A stretch of DNA of 64,000 bases from Myxococcales bacterium (GTDB taxonomy: Bacteria > Myxococcota > Myxococcia > Myxococcales > 40CM-4-68-19). Where the stretch lies: NCBI GenBank assembly GCA_035702105.1, contig DASSQZ010000235.1:2549-66548 (forward strand), read 5' to 3'. The translations under genes were made by a program, and so were the position numbers. Shown here piece after piece: positions 27,820 to 37,916 of this stretch. How positions within the stretch are numbered: the stretch's first letter is position 1; the number at the start of each line of letters is the position of its first letter. The notes beneath the pieces were generated by a model. It was not told the origin of the DNA. It saw only the letters and a list, made by a program, of their open reading frames with translations, and did not search any database.

Positions 27820-28281
27820 ATGCGGCTGAACGTGAACGGCTCGGAACGGCAGGTCGATGCGCCGGACGACATGCCCCTCCTCTGGGTCCTGCGCGATCTG
27901 CTCGGACTCACAGGGACGAAGTACGGGTGCGGGATGGCCCAATGTGGCGCCTGCACCGTGCACCTCGACGGGCAAGCGGTGCGGTCCTGTGTCCTGCCCA
28001 TCTCCGCCGTGGGCAACCGGAAGGTCACGACGATCGAAGGGCTGTCGCCGGACGGATCGCATCCGGTGCAGAAGGCCTGGGTGGACCGGGACGTGGTGCA
28101 GTGCGGCTATTGCCAGCCCGGACAGATCATGTCGGCGGCGGCGCTGCTCGCGCAGAAACTGGACCCGACCGACGCGGAGATCGATCTGGCGATGGCCGGC
28201 AACATCTGCCGCTGCGGAGCGTACCAGCGCATCCGCGAGGCGGTGCGCGAGGCGGCAGCGAAGAAGAGGGCGGAGAAATGA
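27820..28281 (+). CDS. [2Fe-2S]-binding small subunit of a xanthine-dehydrogenase-family molybdoenzyme (IorA/CoxS-like)
   Basis: 153 aa. Both Fe-S cysteine clusters are present: [12 protein letters not shown] ... C, and QCGYCQPGQ ... NICRCGAY. Confidence 0.9.
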   Translation: MRLNVNGSERQVDAPDDMPLLWVLRDLLGLTGTKYGCGMAQCGACTVHLDGQAVRSCVLPISAVGNRKVTTIEGLSPDGSHPVQKAWVDRDVVQCGYCQPGQIMSAAALLAQKLDPTDAEIDLAMAGNICRCGAYQRIREAVREAAAKKRAEK

Positions 28282-30419
28282 CTCCCCTGACGCGACGCGA
28301 GTTGCTGCGCAGGTCCCTCCTCTCCGGAGCCGGACTGTTCGTCGCTTTCCACGTCCCACGCAAGGCAGGCGCGGTGCCGCAGCCAGCCGTCAGGACGCTG
28401 CCCGCTCCGAACGCCTTCGTTCGGGTGGCGCCCGACGGGTCGGTCACCGTCCTGCTCGCCCATTCCGAGATGGGGCAGGGGATCTGGACCGGGTTGGCGA
28501 TGATGATCGCCGAGGAGCTGGACTGCGACTGGTCGAAGATCCGCGTCGAGCACGCGCCGGCGGCTCCAGTCTACGCGCACCCGGCGTTCGGCATGCAGAT
28601 GACCGGCGGGTCGAGCAGCAGCTGGTCGGAGATGGAGCGGTATCGCACCGCAGGGGCGATGGCGCGAGAGATGCTGGTGCGCGCCGCCGCGTCGCGCTGG
28701 AAGACCGACGCGAAGAAGCTGCGGACCGAGAACGGGTTCGTGGTGCGCGGCAGGCAGAAGATCTCCTACGGCCAGCTCGCGGTCGCGGCGCAGGCGCTCC
28801 AGCCGCCGAAGTCGGTCGAGCTCAAGGATCGCAAGGACTGGAAGATCCTCGGCAGGCCGACGCGCCGGCTCGACTCGCTGGAGAAGGTCACCGGCAAGGC
28901 GCGGTTCGGCATCGACGTGCATTTCCCCGGCCTGCGCACCGCCCTGGTCGCCAGATCGCCCGTCTTCGGCGGAACGGTGAAGTCGTTCGACGCGGGCAAG
29001 GCGATGGCGATCCAGGGCGTCGAGAAGGTGGTGCAGGTCCCCTCTGGCGTGGCGGTGGTCGCGGGCAACTTCTGGAGCGCGAAGCTCGGCCGCGAGGCGC
29101 TTCGAATCGACTGGGACCTCGGGCCCGGCGCGACCCTGGACAGCAAGCAGATCCTCGACGGCTACCGGGCGCTGGCGCGCAGCCCGGGACCGGTTGCGGT
29201 GGAAAAGGGTGACGCCGACTCCGCCTTCACCAGCGCGGCGAGGCGGATGGTCGCCGAATACGACGTGCCCTACCTCGCGCACGCCACCATGGAGCCGATG
29301 AACTGCGCGGTGAAGATCGAAGGCGGGGCTTGCGAGATCTGGACCGGGACGCAGTTCCAGACGGTGGACCAGGTGTCGGCGGCGAAGATCGTCGGTGTCC
29401 CGCGCGAGAAGGTGTCGATCCACACGCAGTTTCTCGGCGGCGGATTCGGCCGCCGCGCGGTTCCGGCGTCCGACTTCGTCAGCGAGGCGGTGCATGTCGC
29501 CAAGGCGGCCGGCGTGCCGGTCAAGGTCGTCTGGACGCGCGAGGACGACATGCACGGCGGCTACTACCGGCCGCTCTTCCTGCACCGCATCGAGGCCGGG
29601 GTCGACGGCAAGGGCCATCCGGTCGCCTGGAGGCACAGCATCGTCGGCCAGTCCATCCTCGCCGGCACGCCGTTCGAGAAGGTCCTGGTCAAGAACGGCA
29701 TCGACGGGACCTCGATCGAGGGCGTGGTCGACTCGCCCTACCTGGAGGCGGTGCCCGACCGGCGGGTGACCCTCCACTCGCCGCGCTTCCCGGTGACGGT
29801 GCTCTGGTGGCGCTCGGTGGGCAACACGCATACCGCCTTCGCCATGGAGAGCATGATCGACGAGTTGGCCTGGGGGGCGGGGCGCGACCCGCTCGAGCTC
29901 CGCTGCGAGCTGCTGGCCGGCAAGCCGCGCCACCTGCGCGTGCTGAGATCGGCGGCGGAGAAAGCCGGCTGGGGGACGCCGCCGCCCGCCGGCCGCGCTC
30001 GTGGTCTCGCCGTTCACGAGTCGTTCGGCAGCATCGTCGCGCAGGTGGCGGAGGTGTCCGTCGACGAGGCGCGGGAGATCCGCGTCCACAGGGTCACCTG
30101 CACGGTGGACTGCGGGATGGCGATCAACCCGCTGGGCGTGGAGGCGCAGGTGCAGGGCGCGATGGCGTACGGGCTGTCGGCCGTGCTGCGCAGCGAGCTG
30201 ACGCTGAAGGGCGGCCGCGTCGAGCAGGGCAACTTCCACGATTACCAGGTGCTCCGCCTGCCGGACATGCCCGAGGTGTCGGTGACCATCCTGGAATCGG
30301 ACGCGAAGATGGGCGGCATCGGCGAGCCCGCTGCCGCACCGATTTCCGCCGCCGTGGCCAATGCCGTCTACGCGCTCACCAGGCAGCGGCTGCGCTCCCT
30401 GCCTTTGCGTCTGGCGTGA
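28278..30419 (+). CDS. Molybdopterin-binding large subunit (IorB-type aldehyde/isoquinoline oxidoreductase), Tat-exported
   Basis: 713 aa. Twin-arginine signal [22 protein letters not shown] 28278 overlaps the stop of the 2Fe-2S gene (ATGA). Sequence style matches the aldehyde oxidase/xanthine dehydrogenase Mo-binding family. Confidence 0.85.
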   Translation: MTPLTRRELLRRSLLSGAGLFVAFHVPRKAGAVPQPAVRTLPAPNAFVRVAPDGSVTVLLAHSEMGQGIWTGLAMMIAEELDCDWSKIRVEHAPAAPVYAHPAFGMQMTGGSSSSWSEMERYRTAGAMAREMLVRAAASRWKTDAKKLRTENGFVVRGRQKISYGQLAVAAQALQPPKSVELKDRKDWKILGRPTRRLDSLEKVTGKARFGIDVHFPGLRTALVARSPVFGGTVKSFDAGKAMAIQGVEKVVQVPSGVAVVAGNFWSAKLGREALRIDWDLGPGATLDSKQILDGYRALARSPGPVAVEKGDADSAFTSAARRMVAEYDVPYLAHATMEPMNCAVKIEGGACEIWTGTQFQTVDQVSAAKIVGVPREKVSIHTQFLGGGFGRRAVPASDFVSEAVHVAKAAGVPVKVVWTREDDMHGGYYRPLFLHRIEAGVDGKGHPVAWRHSIVGQSILAGTPFEKVLVKNGIDGTSIEGVVDSPYLEAVPDRRVTLHSPRFPVTVLWWRSVGNTHTAFAMESMIDELAWGAGRDPLELRCELLAGKPRHLRVLRSAAEKAGWGTPPPAGRARGLAVHESFGSIVAQVAEVSVDEAREIRVHRVTCTVDCGMAINPLGVEAQVQGAMAYGLSAVLRSELTLKGGRVEQGNFHDYQVLRLPDMPEVSVTILESDAKMGGIGEPAAAPISAAVANAVYALTRQRLRSLPLRLA

Positions 30420-30562
30420 GTGGGCGGTGAAGGCGCTGCGCTGCTCCTGCGCGCACGTCCCGCGGCCTTCCTTGCGCGGCGCGCCCTGCGGCATCGCGTC
30501 CATGCCGTGCTTTGCACCACCCGGAATGATCGCAGTTGCCCGGCGGGAAAGGAGTGGATGCC

Positions 30563-31749
30563 ATGCGCGTCTCGTCGGCTGTTCGCGCAGCGCTCCTCGC
30601 CTCCACGGTCTTGATCGCATGCGGCGGTGGCGGTGGCGGCGGCGGCGGCAGCGCCGGGGATGGGCCCGCGGTTCCCCCCGACTACACCGGCCTCTCGACG
30701 GTGAACCTCCCGGCCTCCAAGCTGCTCGACGTTCCGCTGCGCTGGGGATACGGCGCGTTCTGCTACATCCAGTCGATGTCGATGTCGCTCGCGTACCTCG
30801 ATCCCTCGAGCACCGAGGCGGAGGTGTTCACGTATACGGGATTCGGCGCCCCCATCTCCTACGCAGCGCCGTATGGGTCGGCTCCCCGCGGATTCGTGCC
30901 GGCGCCGCCGGGCACGTTCCTCGCGGTGGAGACGCTCCTCGCCAATCACGGGGCACGGCACGTCATCGGGACCGGCGGCGGATTCGGCAGCGGCTTCTGG
31001 AAGGATGCCGGCGCGGGGTCCTCCGCGCGGCGATGGGCAGGATCAGCTTCCGGTCCTCCGACGACGCCCTCGTCTCGCTGAAGGCCGCGGTGAGCTCCGG
31101 GCGGCCGGTCCAGGTCCATCTCGACGTGAGCTACCTGCCCACCTGGTGCCGCGCGCTCAACGAGCATCCGGCGGATTGCGACAGGATGGTGGCGGGGTTC
31201 AGCCATGCGCTGATCGTCACCGGGTACGATCCTTCATCCATCTACCTCAACGATGCTCCCTGGCCCGACGGCTGGGGACACCCGACCAGCCGCGACGATC
31301 CGCGCTTCAAGGACATCAAGGTCCCGGTGGCCGAGTTCATGGTCGCATGGGACCAGGCGAAGTACATCGGCCCCTGGGGCACCGAGAAGTACGGCCCCTA
31401 CGGCCCGTACTGGATGGTGTTCATCGAGCAGACGAGCGGCGCGCAGCTGCGCAAGAAGTCGGTCGAAGAGATCCTGGCGATCCAGAAGGACCTGTCGCGG
31501 AACGTCGTCGCCGACATCGATCAGAACGCCGGCGGGGACCTCTCGGGGACGTCCTGGGACGGCATCGCCAAGACGAGAGCGCTCTTCGGCGACTATCTCG
31601 CCGCCCACGGCCATGGCGAGGCGGCCGCAGTCTACCACTCTCTGGCGGGCGATTGGGATCGCGGCGAGTCCATGACGACGGAAGAGGCCCGCGCGATGAT
31701 CAGGGGCGTGATCAGGGCGAAGGAAATCGAGGCACGCTCGAAGTTCTGA
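30563..31749 (+). pseudogene. Lipoprotein with suspected papain/C39-like (BtrH_N-type) fold, interrupted by a -1 frameshift in a G4 run
   Basis: N-terminal part is in the frame of ORF 30536..31081 (MRVSSAVRAALLASTVLIAC-GGGGGGGGGS, candidate Cys in GAFCYIQS). C-terminal part is in the frame of ORF 30361..31749 (..ISFRSSDDALVSLKAAVSSGRPVQVHLDVSYLP.., candidate His in FSHALIVTGYD). One extra G at GGGG 31015-31018 would join them as ..KDAGAGVLRAAMGRISF... The frameshift is seen directly; the family call is tentative. Confidence 0.55.
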
Positions 31750-31804
31750 GCTCGGAGTCGACCTCGGACCTCAGGGGCGATCCTGAAGAACGCGGGGGCG
31801 CAGC

Positions 31805-32256
31805 ATGTCGGCCTTCACAATGGGTGGCGGAGCGGCATCGAGATGGCGGATTCGTCGGTGGATCGCGCTGCTCGGATTCCTGGCCTGCGGCGGCGATCGA
31901 CGGGTTGAGCTGGTGGATCTCTCTCAAAGACCGGGAATCAGCGGGTACATCCGGTACGAGAATGGCAAGGTGGTGGCGCCGTTTCGCCTACCGGTATCGC
32001 GGATGCCGTGATTGACCTGCACTTCACGTTGGAAGGAGACGGCGGGGTGGGAGTCACGAACGTTTCGTTGACGGGCGATCATGTCCGCTTCACGGCGCCT
32101 TCGTTTTCTGGAACCGGCCTCGACTGTTCGGGCGGCGGATGTCCTGCGGTGCTGACGGTTGTCCTCAGCATGGTCCCGTTCTGCATCGATGACTCCCCCT
32201 GCCCGTACGCGGGAACCCCGCAGTTCAGCACGGACTTCTCCGTCACCGTCCAGTGA
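31805..32256 (+). CDS. Two overlapping small ORFs (68 and 82 aa), possibly one disrupted lipoprotein gene
   Basis: 31805..32011 has a lipobox (LLGFLAC-GG). 32008..32256 (GTG start) continues in the -1 frame with 4-nt overlap. GC is lower than the surroundings. No recognisable domain. Confidence 0.3.
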
Positions 32257-32370
32257 AGGGCCTCACTTCGCCCCCACCCATCGCGCCCAGCCCGGCCGCA
32301 GCGCAGGGAACGCAACGGCGGTAGCCGAGGCTCCATTCACGAGCTAGTCTCGGGTCCCGTTCTCGCCCTG

Positions 32371-32781
32371 GTGAAGGGGTGTGAATCGACGGCCATGAAG
32401 ACGCCGAGAACCTACAGCGCCAGTTGCCACTGCGGCTCGGTGCGTTTCAGCTTCGCGTGCCCGGAGATCACCACCGGCCGGAGATGCAACTGCTCCATCT
32501 GCATCCGCAGAGGGGCCGTCATGTCCTCGCGCTACTTCCGCCCATCGGACGTCAGGGTCGAAGGAACCGACCATCTGGAGCTGTACCAGTTCGGGGACAA
32601 GGACCTGAATCACTTTTTCTGTCGCACCTGCGGAATATTTCCGTTCAGCACGGTGGCTTCCCTGCCCGCTGACTATCAAGGCCCCGCGAGGCCGGGGGAC
32701 TATCGGATCAACCTCGGATGCGTTCATGACCTCGACGTGCTCTCGCTGGCAATCGACGTCATCGACGGCAAGGCACTCTAG
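32371..32781 (+). CDS. GFA family protein (glutathione-dependent formaldehyde-activating / CENP-V-like zinc protein)
   Basis: 136 aa. Cys pattern CHCGSVRF ... CNCSIC ... FCRTCG is typical of GFA. The start may be the internal MKTPRTY (32395). Confidence 0.8.
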   Translation: MKGCESTAMKTPRTYSASCHCGSVRFSFACPEITTGRRCNCSICIRRGAVMSSRYFRPSDVRVEGTDHLELYQFGDKDLNHFFCRTCGIFPFSTVASLPADYQGPARPGDYRINLGCVHDLDVLSLAIDVIDGKAL

Positions 32782-32952
32782 GGCGGCGATGATGGGACGG
32801 GCGCGGTGGGCCATCCTGCCGCGATTGTGACGCGCTCACGCGCGTGCAGGAGCACCCGACCACCCCGCCAGCTTTCTCCACAGTTCCCTGGAAGACAGAT
32901 CGGTGCACCCGGGTTGAGCAGCGACCCGAGAGGTGCTTCAGTCTCGGGTCAG

Positions 32953-34077
32953 ATGTCGACCCGAGAAACACAGGAACAGCCCGGAGCTCCTGGCGGGGAC
33001 GCGGGAGGCCGAAACCCGGTGCAGGAAACGGAGAAGCGGAGGCAGCTCGCGATCGCGATCCTCACCATCGCGGCCGCAGGGGTACCAGCGGTGGAGCAAG
33101 CTCAGCGGGCATCTGCGCCGGCGCAAGCAGTGGCGCAGGCGAAAAGAGCGCCACTCGCCGCAGCCACCGTCTTTCGCGATTGCCGCGCCTGCCCGGAGAT
33201 GGTCGTCCTCCCCGCCGGCAGCTTCACCATGGGCTCATCAGCCGAGGAGAAATCCTGGGCTGCCCGCCACGGTGGCAGCATGGGTGCCGTTGCCGACGAG
33301 GCTCCGCAACATCGAGTCTCATTGCCGTCATTCGCCCTGTGCAAATACGACGTCACTCGTGGCGAGTACGCGGCATTTGCCCGGGAGACGGGATACCCGG
33401 CCGGTGATGGTTGCGGCCGCGGCCGCGCGATCTTCAAATGGGAGAAGGATCCGAAGTTGACCTGGGAAGATCCCGGCCACGCGCAGACTGGCCGCGATCC
33501 AGTCGTGTGCGTGAGCTGGCAGGATGCGCGCGCGTAGATCGCGTGGTTGAACCGCAAGGCGCGTCGCGGCGGCGCTGCCTCGCCAGACGGGCCTTATCGG
33601 CTGCCCAGCGAAGGGGAATGGGAATATGCCGCACGCGCCGGGACGACAACCAGGTTCTACTGGGGCGACGACGACGCTGCCGCTCTCACTCAGGCCTGGT
33701 TCAATGCCAATTCGGGCTGCCAGAACATCGACGGTCTTTTCTGCGACCACGGCCAGGCACATCCGGCGGGCGAGAAGCCGCCGAACGCATTCGGCCTTTA
33801 CGACATGGCAGGGAACGTCTGGAAGTGGACCGAGGACTGTTACGACAACAGCTACACCGCGGCTCCCACGGATGGGCGCGCAAACGAGGACCCTTCGAGC
33901 GACCCCAAGGCGAAGGACGTCCAAGGCAATTGCCTCCGGGTCGATCGCGGCGGCTCATGGATGTTTCCGGCGTGGCTGCTGCGACCGGCCACCCGGGAAC
34001 GCAATCCTGCTGCCTACCGCAATGACATCATGGGTTTTCGAGTCGCGAGGACGCTGCCCTGGAAAGAGGGCGGCTGA
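32953..34077 (+). pseudogene. FGE-sulfatase (SUMF1/formylglycine-generating-enzyme-like) domain protein with an in-frame TAG
   Basis: ORFs 32806..33537 and 33547..34077 are in the same frame, separated by TAG at 33535-33537: ..VCVSWQDARA*IAWLNRKA...YRLPSEGEWEYAARAG... The stop sits where the family has a conserved Tyr (VSW.DA.AY..WL), so TAC/TAT to TAG is a one-base change. The C-terminal GLYDMAGNVWKWTEDCY and RGGSW blocks are intact. Confidence 0.8.
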
Positions 34078-34205
34078 CTCGAAGAGCCGCCGCGCAGATG
34101 GGCTGACCGGACGGCGGATCCCCCGAAGAGACCAGGCGCCGTCAGTCTACGTTCTACAGAATACGCCACCCGAGTCGCCGCACGTTCGAGACAGCCGGTC
34201 TCGGC

Positions 34206-35525
34206 ATGGCCGTTGCGAGTTGCCGCCGCATGCTTTCCAGCTTGCGCGATTCCGTGCTCCTTCGATTCCTGGGCAGCGGCCTGCTCGTGCTCGTCCTGCA
34301 GATCCCCATCGGCCTCATCGCGCGCACGATCGACGAGCGCCGGGCGACGCGCGATTCCGCGCTTGGAGAGGTCGCGAAGACGTGGGGAGCCGCGCAGGAG
34401 ATCACCGGGCCCATCCTCACCATCCCGGTCGTGCAGCGCTGGGTCGACGAGCAGAAGCAGCCGCACGCGACGACGGCGCTGCACCGCTTCCTTCCCCGAG
34501 CGCTGAACGTCCGTGGGCGCGTGGACACCGAAGTGCGCCGCCGCGGCATCTTCGACGTGCCGCTCTACACGGCGAAGCTCCATGTGGAGGCCGCCTTCGC
34601 CGTGCCCGAGGCGGCGGAGATCGCCCCTCTCGGTGGTGAGGTGGCGTGGAACCGCGCCGTGCTCGCGTTCGGGATCAGCGATCCAAAGGCCATTCGCGCA
34701 GTGGCGGGGCTTGCCTGGGAACCAGGGCCGGGCGACGCCGATCTCTTCGCCACAGGGCTGCACGCCGCGCTTCCCGCGACGAAAGCGGGGCCGGCGATCT
34801 TCGCGTTCGACGTCGCGCTCGCCGGGAGCGGAAGGCTCGCGGTCGTGCCGGTGGGAGACGAGACCGTCGTCTCGCTCAGCTCGCCATGGTCCGATCCAGG
34901 GTTCGACGGCGCGTGGCTTCCGATCGAACGTCACCTGGGCGCGGGAGGCTTCGAGGCAACCTGGCGCGTCCTCGACCTCGCGCGCAACTTCCCGTCGCGC
35001 TGGATCGATCGGCAGATCGATCAGCGCCAGCTGTCCCCCAGCGCCCTGGGCGTGAGCTTCCTGTCGCCCGTCGACACGTACCGGACCAACGAGCGCGCGG
35101 TGAAGTATCAACTCCTCTTCCTCGGGCTCACCTTCGTCTGCTTCACGCTCATCGAGTTGCTCGCGGCGTTGCGCGTCCATCCGGTGCAGTTCCTGCTCGT
35201 CGGCCTCGCGCTTTGCGTCTTCTATCTGCTCTTGCTCTCGCTCTCCGAGCACATCGGGTTCTCCCCCGCCTATGCCATCGCGTCCGTCGCGGTCGTCGGG
35301 TTGATCACCGTCTACGTGCGCAAGGCGCTGTGCAGGCCGCGGCCGGCGATGGCCGTCGGCGGCTTCCTCTCCGGGCTCTACGGCTTTCTGTACGTGCTGC
35401 TCCAGATCCAGGACTATGCGCTCCTGGTCGGATCGATCGGGCTCTTCGCGGTGCTCGGCGCGGTGATGTGGCTGACGCGCGACGTCGACTGGTACGCGCT
35501 CCGGTCGGGGCCGGTGGAGCCCTGA
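34206..35525 (+). CDS. creD: Inner-membrane protein CreD family
   Basis: 439 aa. N-terminal TM, a large periplasmic region, and a C-terminal cluster of TM helices (YQLLFLGLTFVCFTLIELL..VHPVQFLLVGLALCVFYLLLLSLSEHIGF) as in CreD. No creABC genes nearby. Confidence 0.7.
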   Translation: MAVASCRRMLSSLRDSVLLRFLGSGLLVLVLQIPIGLIARTIDERRATRDSALGEVAKTWGAAQEITGPILTIPVVQRWVDEQKQPHATTALHRFLPRALNVRGRVDTEVRRRGIFDVPLYTAKLHVEAAFAVPEAAEIAPLGGEVAWNRAVLAFGISDPKAIRAVAGLAWEPGPGDADLFATGLHAALPATKAGPAIFAFDVALAGSGRLAVVPVGDETVVSLSSPWSDPGFDGAWLPIERHLGAGGFEATWRVLDLARNFPSRWIDRQIDQRQLSPSALGVSFLSPVDTYRTNERAVKYQLLFLGLTFVCFTLIELLAALRVHPVQFLLVGLALCVFYLLLLSLSEHIGFSPAYAIASVAVVGLITVYVRKALCRPRPAMAVGGFLSGLYGFLYVLLQIQDYALLVGSIGLFAVLGAVMWLTRDVDWYALRSGPVEP

Positions 35526-35563
35526 GCAGGCGGCCAAATCGTCGCGCCCGCCGCCTGTTCAGT
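35525..35563 (+). terminator. Terminator-like hairpin after creD
   Basis: CAGGCGGC (35527-35534), 15-nt loop, GCCGCCTG (35550-35557), then TTCAGTT. Starts at the creD stop codon. Confidence 0.35.
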
Positions 35564-35645
35564 TGCCGGCCGGCCGATCCCGTGGCTTGGTGCGGCAGCG
35601 CGGATAGCGAGGTGCTCCGGGCACCCTCAGCTCGAGGAGGAATGC

Positions 35646-35975
35646 ATGCGGATCGTTCTTGGAGTCGTCATCGGCGTCGGTCTTTGCAGCCTTTCCGTGC
35701 AGGCCGTGGACAAGAAGGCCGAGCGCACCTGGAAGGCGAAATGCGCCTCGTGCCATGGCGCCGATGGGAGGGGCGACACCGACCAGGGCAAGAAGATGAA
35801 GCTCAAGGACATGACCAGCGCCGACTGGCACAAGAGCATCACCGACGCGAAGATTCGCGACGCGATCCTCAACGGAGCGAAGACCGGCGAGGGCGAGATG
35901 CAGGCCTACAAGGACTCGCTCTCCAGCGACCAGGTGGACGCCCTCGTGAACTACATCCATACCTTGAAGAAGTAG
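35646..35975 (+). CDS. Monohaem class-I c-type cytochrome, periplasmic
   Basis: 109 aa; signal peptide. Single CASCH haem site and a distal Met region (GEGEMQAY). RBS GAGGAGGA lies 5 nt upstream. Confidence 0.85.
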   Translation: MRIVLGVVIGVGLCSLSVQAVDKKAERTWKAKCASCHGADGRGDTDQGKKMKLKDMTSADWHKSITDAKIRDAILNGAKTGEGEMQAYKDSLSSDQVDALVNYIHTLKK

Positions 35976-36025
35976 GCGGCGTGGCGGGGCCGGCGCGTCC
36001 CCTTCGGCCTTGACCAGGTTCTCCG

Positions 36026-36073
36026 GCAGATCACCGAGGCGCAGGCGGCGCCGCATCTACAAGGACATCGACA
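36026..36073 (+). pseudogene. Ghost copy of part of the nadE 3' region
   Basis: gcagatcaccgaggcgcaggcggcgc(c)gcatctacaaggacatcgaca equals nadE 23622-23668 (47/47 identical) apart from one inserted C. Same orientation. Corresponds to ..QITEAQAARIYKDID... Confidence 0.65.
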
Positions 36074-36100
36074 GAGCCGGCCCACCTCCCGGAGGTCTTC

Positions 36101-37912
36101 GTGCCCCAGACTTCGCCCGACCGCAGGCATGAGTGCGATCTGATCATGAAGGGCGGCATCACCAGCGGAGTGGTCTATCCGGAGGCGGTGCTGAAACTCC
36201 ACGAAAAGTACGACTTCAAGTGCATCGGAGGGGCGTCGGCGGGCGCGATTGCGGCGGCAGCGACGGCGGCAGCCCAGTACGCCGGCGTCACTACGCCCGC
36301 GGGGCCGGCCGCGCGGCCGGGCTCCGGTTTCGCGGGGCTCGCCGCGCTCAACGGCGAACTGGGCCAGCGGGGAAAGATTCTCGAGCTGTTCCAGCCGACC
36401 GGGAACGCCCGGGCGCTGCTCGAGGTGTTCCTGGCGGGACTGCGCGGCGCGCACAAAGGCAAGGGGTGGAAGAAGGCCGCCTGGGCCGCCCTGCACGTAT
36501 CGTGGGCGCTCGTGGCGCAGACGCCGCTCGCCCTGCTCCTCGGAGCTGCAGCGGGTATCCTGATCCTCAGCGTTCTGGCCTGCGCGGTGGACGGCTCGGG
36601 GCGTTCCGCGCCGTCTCTCTGCGCGGCGGCGGCGATCGCCGGAGCGCTCCTCGGAGCGCTCGTCCAGCTCCTCTCGATCCTGTTCCTCACCTTGCCGCGG
36701 CAGGGCTTCGGCATCTGCCGGTTGCACGTGCCAGAGACCACCGACCCGGCGGCGAAACTCCCTCTCACCGATTGGCTCTTCAGGCGTTTCGACGAGATCG
36801 CCGGATTCTCTGCCGGGCGGCCGCTCACCTTCGGCGATCTCTCCGAGAGGGATCTGCGGCTCGAGCTCATCACCACCAATCTTTCGGAGCTGCGCCCGTA
36901 CACCGTTCCCCTGCAGACGCATCGTTTCCTCTTCCGGCGCTCCGAATTCGAGGACTACTTTCCCGCATACGCCGTCGAGCACATGGTGAAGACGAGCTAC
37001 CAGAGCTCGAGCGTGGTGCCGCCTGCGGGCTTCTTCTTCCTTCCGCCCGCCCGGGACCTTCCCATCGCTTTCGGGGCGCGGTTGAGCCTCAGCTTCCCGG
37101 TCTTGATCAGCGCCGTGCCGCTGTACTCGATCAAGGCGGCGGCGTTCAGCCGCAAGGCGGGAACGGCGCCGCTGGCGCTCGAGGACAGCGATCTGAAGAG
37201 GAACTGGTTCAGCGACGGGGGGATCTGCAGCAATTTTCCCATTCATTTCTTCGACCACTGGCTGCCAAATCGACCCACCTTCGGGATCTCGCTGGGAACG
37301 ATCCCCGCGGAGCAGGTCACCACCGTCACCAGGCCCCTCGAGGGCATGCAGGAGGGCACCACGGTGGCGGTGCGCAGGCCCGAGGAGGACGTCCATCTGC
37401 CCAAGGCGAACCGGCCGGAAGCGGCGGCCTGGCACGACTTCGCCAGCCTCGCCGGTTTCTTCTCCAGCATCTTCGACACGATGATGGAGTATCGCGACAC
37501 CATGCAGAGCGAACTGCCGGGCTTTCGCGAGCGCATCGTGGAGATCCGGCTGACGCCCGACGAGGGCGGGTTGAACCTCGACATGGAGCCGACCCGGATC
37601 GAGAAGCTCGCGGACAAAGGCAGAAGGGCGGGCGCTCTGCTCAAGGACACGTTCGATTTCGAGGAACATCGCTGGGTCCGCCTGCAGGTGCTGATGCCGC
37701 CACTGGCGGCGGAGCTCGAGCGGCTGCTCGTGCAGAAGCAGGGAGGATGGCCGGCTGCCGGAAAGCCCTATCCGCGGCCACAGAACTGGACCGCCGCCAT
37801 GCAGTCCTGCCTCGACGCATTGGCGCAGACGGCTGCCGGCGGCGCGCTGCGGCCGCTCGAGCGCGACGACCCCAGGCCTCCCGTGACCCTGCGCGCGACA
37901 CCCAGGATTTGA
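36101..37912 (+). CDS. Patatin-like phospholipase with an internal two-helix membrane insertion
   Basis: 603 aa, GTG start. Oxyanion GG..G (MKGGITSG), lipase Ser in G-A-S-A-G (IGGASAGAI), catalytic Asp in DGG (WFSDGGICSNFP). Two hydrophobic helices lie between the Ser and Asp motifs. Confidence 0.85.
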   Translation: MPQTSPDRRHECDLIMKGGITSGVVYPEAVLKLHEKYDFKCIGGASAGAIAAAATAAAQYAGVTTPAGPAARPGSGFAGLAALNGELGQRGKILELFQPTGNARALLEVFLAGLRGAHKGKGWKKAAWAALHVSWALVAQTPLALLLGAAAGILILSVLACAVDGSGRSAPSLCAAAAIAGALLGALVQLLSILFLTLPRQGFGICRLHVPETTDPAAKLPLTDWLFRRFDEIAGFSAGRPLTFGDLSERDLRLELITTNLSELRPYTVPLQTHRFLFRRSEFEDYFPAYAVEHMVKTSYQSSSVVPPAGFFFLPPARDLPIAFGARLSLSFPVLISAVPLYSIKAAAFSRKAGTAPLALEDSDLKRNWFSDGGICSNFPIHFFDHWLPNRPTFGISLGTIPAEQVTTVTRPLEGMQEGTTVAVRRPEEDVHLPKANRPEAAAWHDFASLAGFFSSIFDTMMEYRDTMQSELPGFRERIVEIRLTPDEGGLNLDMEPTRIEKLADKGRRAGALLKDTFDFEEHRWVRLQVLMPPLAAELERLLVQKQGGWPAAGKPYPRPQNWTAAMQSCLDALAQTAAGGALRPLERDDPRPPVTLRATPRI

Positions 37913-37916
37913 ACCG

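Noticed and set aside
33535-33537. The in-frame TAG as a pyrrolysine or programmed-readthrough codon
   Set aside because: No pyl genes or other in-frame TAGs were seen. The codon replaces a conserved Tyr one mutation away, so a nonsense mutation or base-call error is the simpler explanation.
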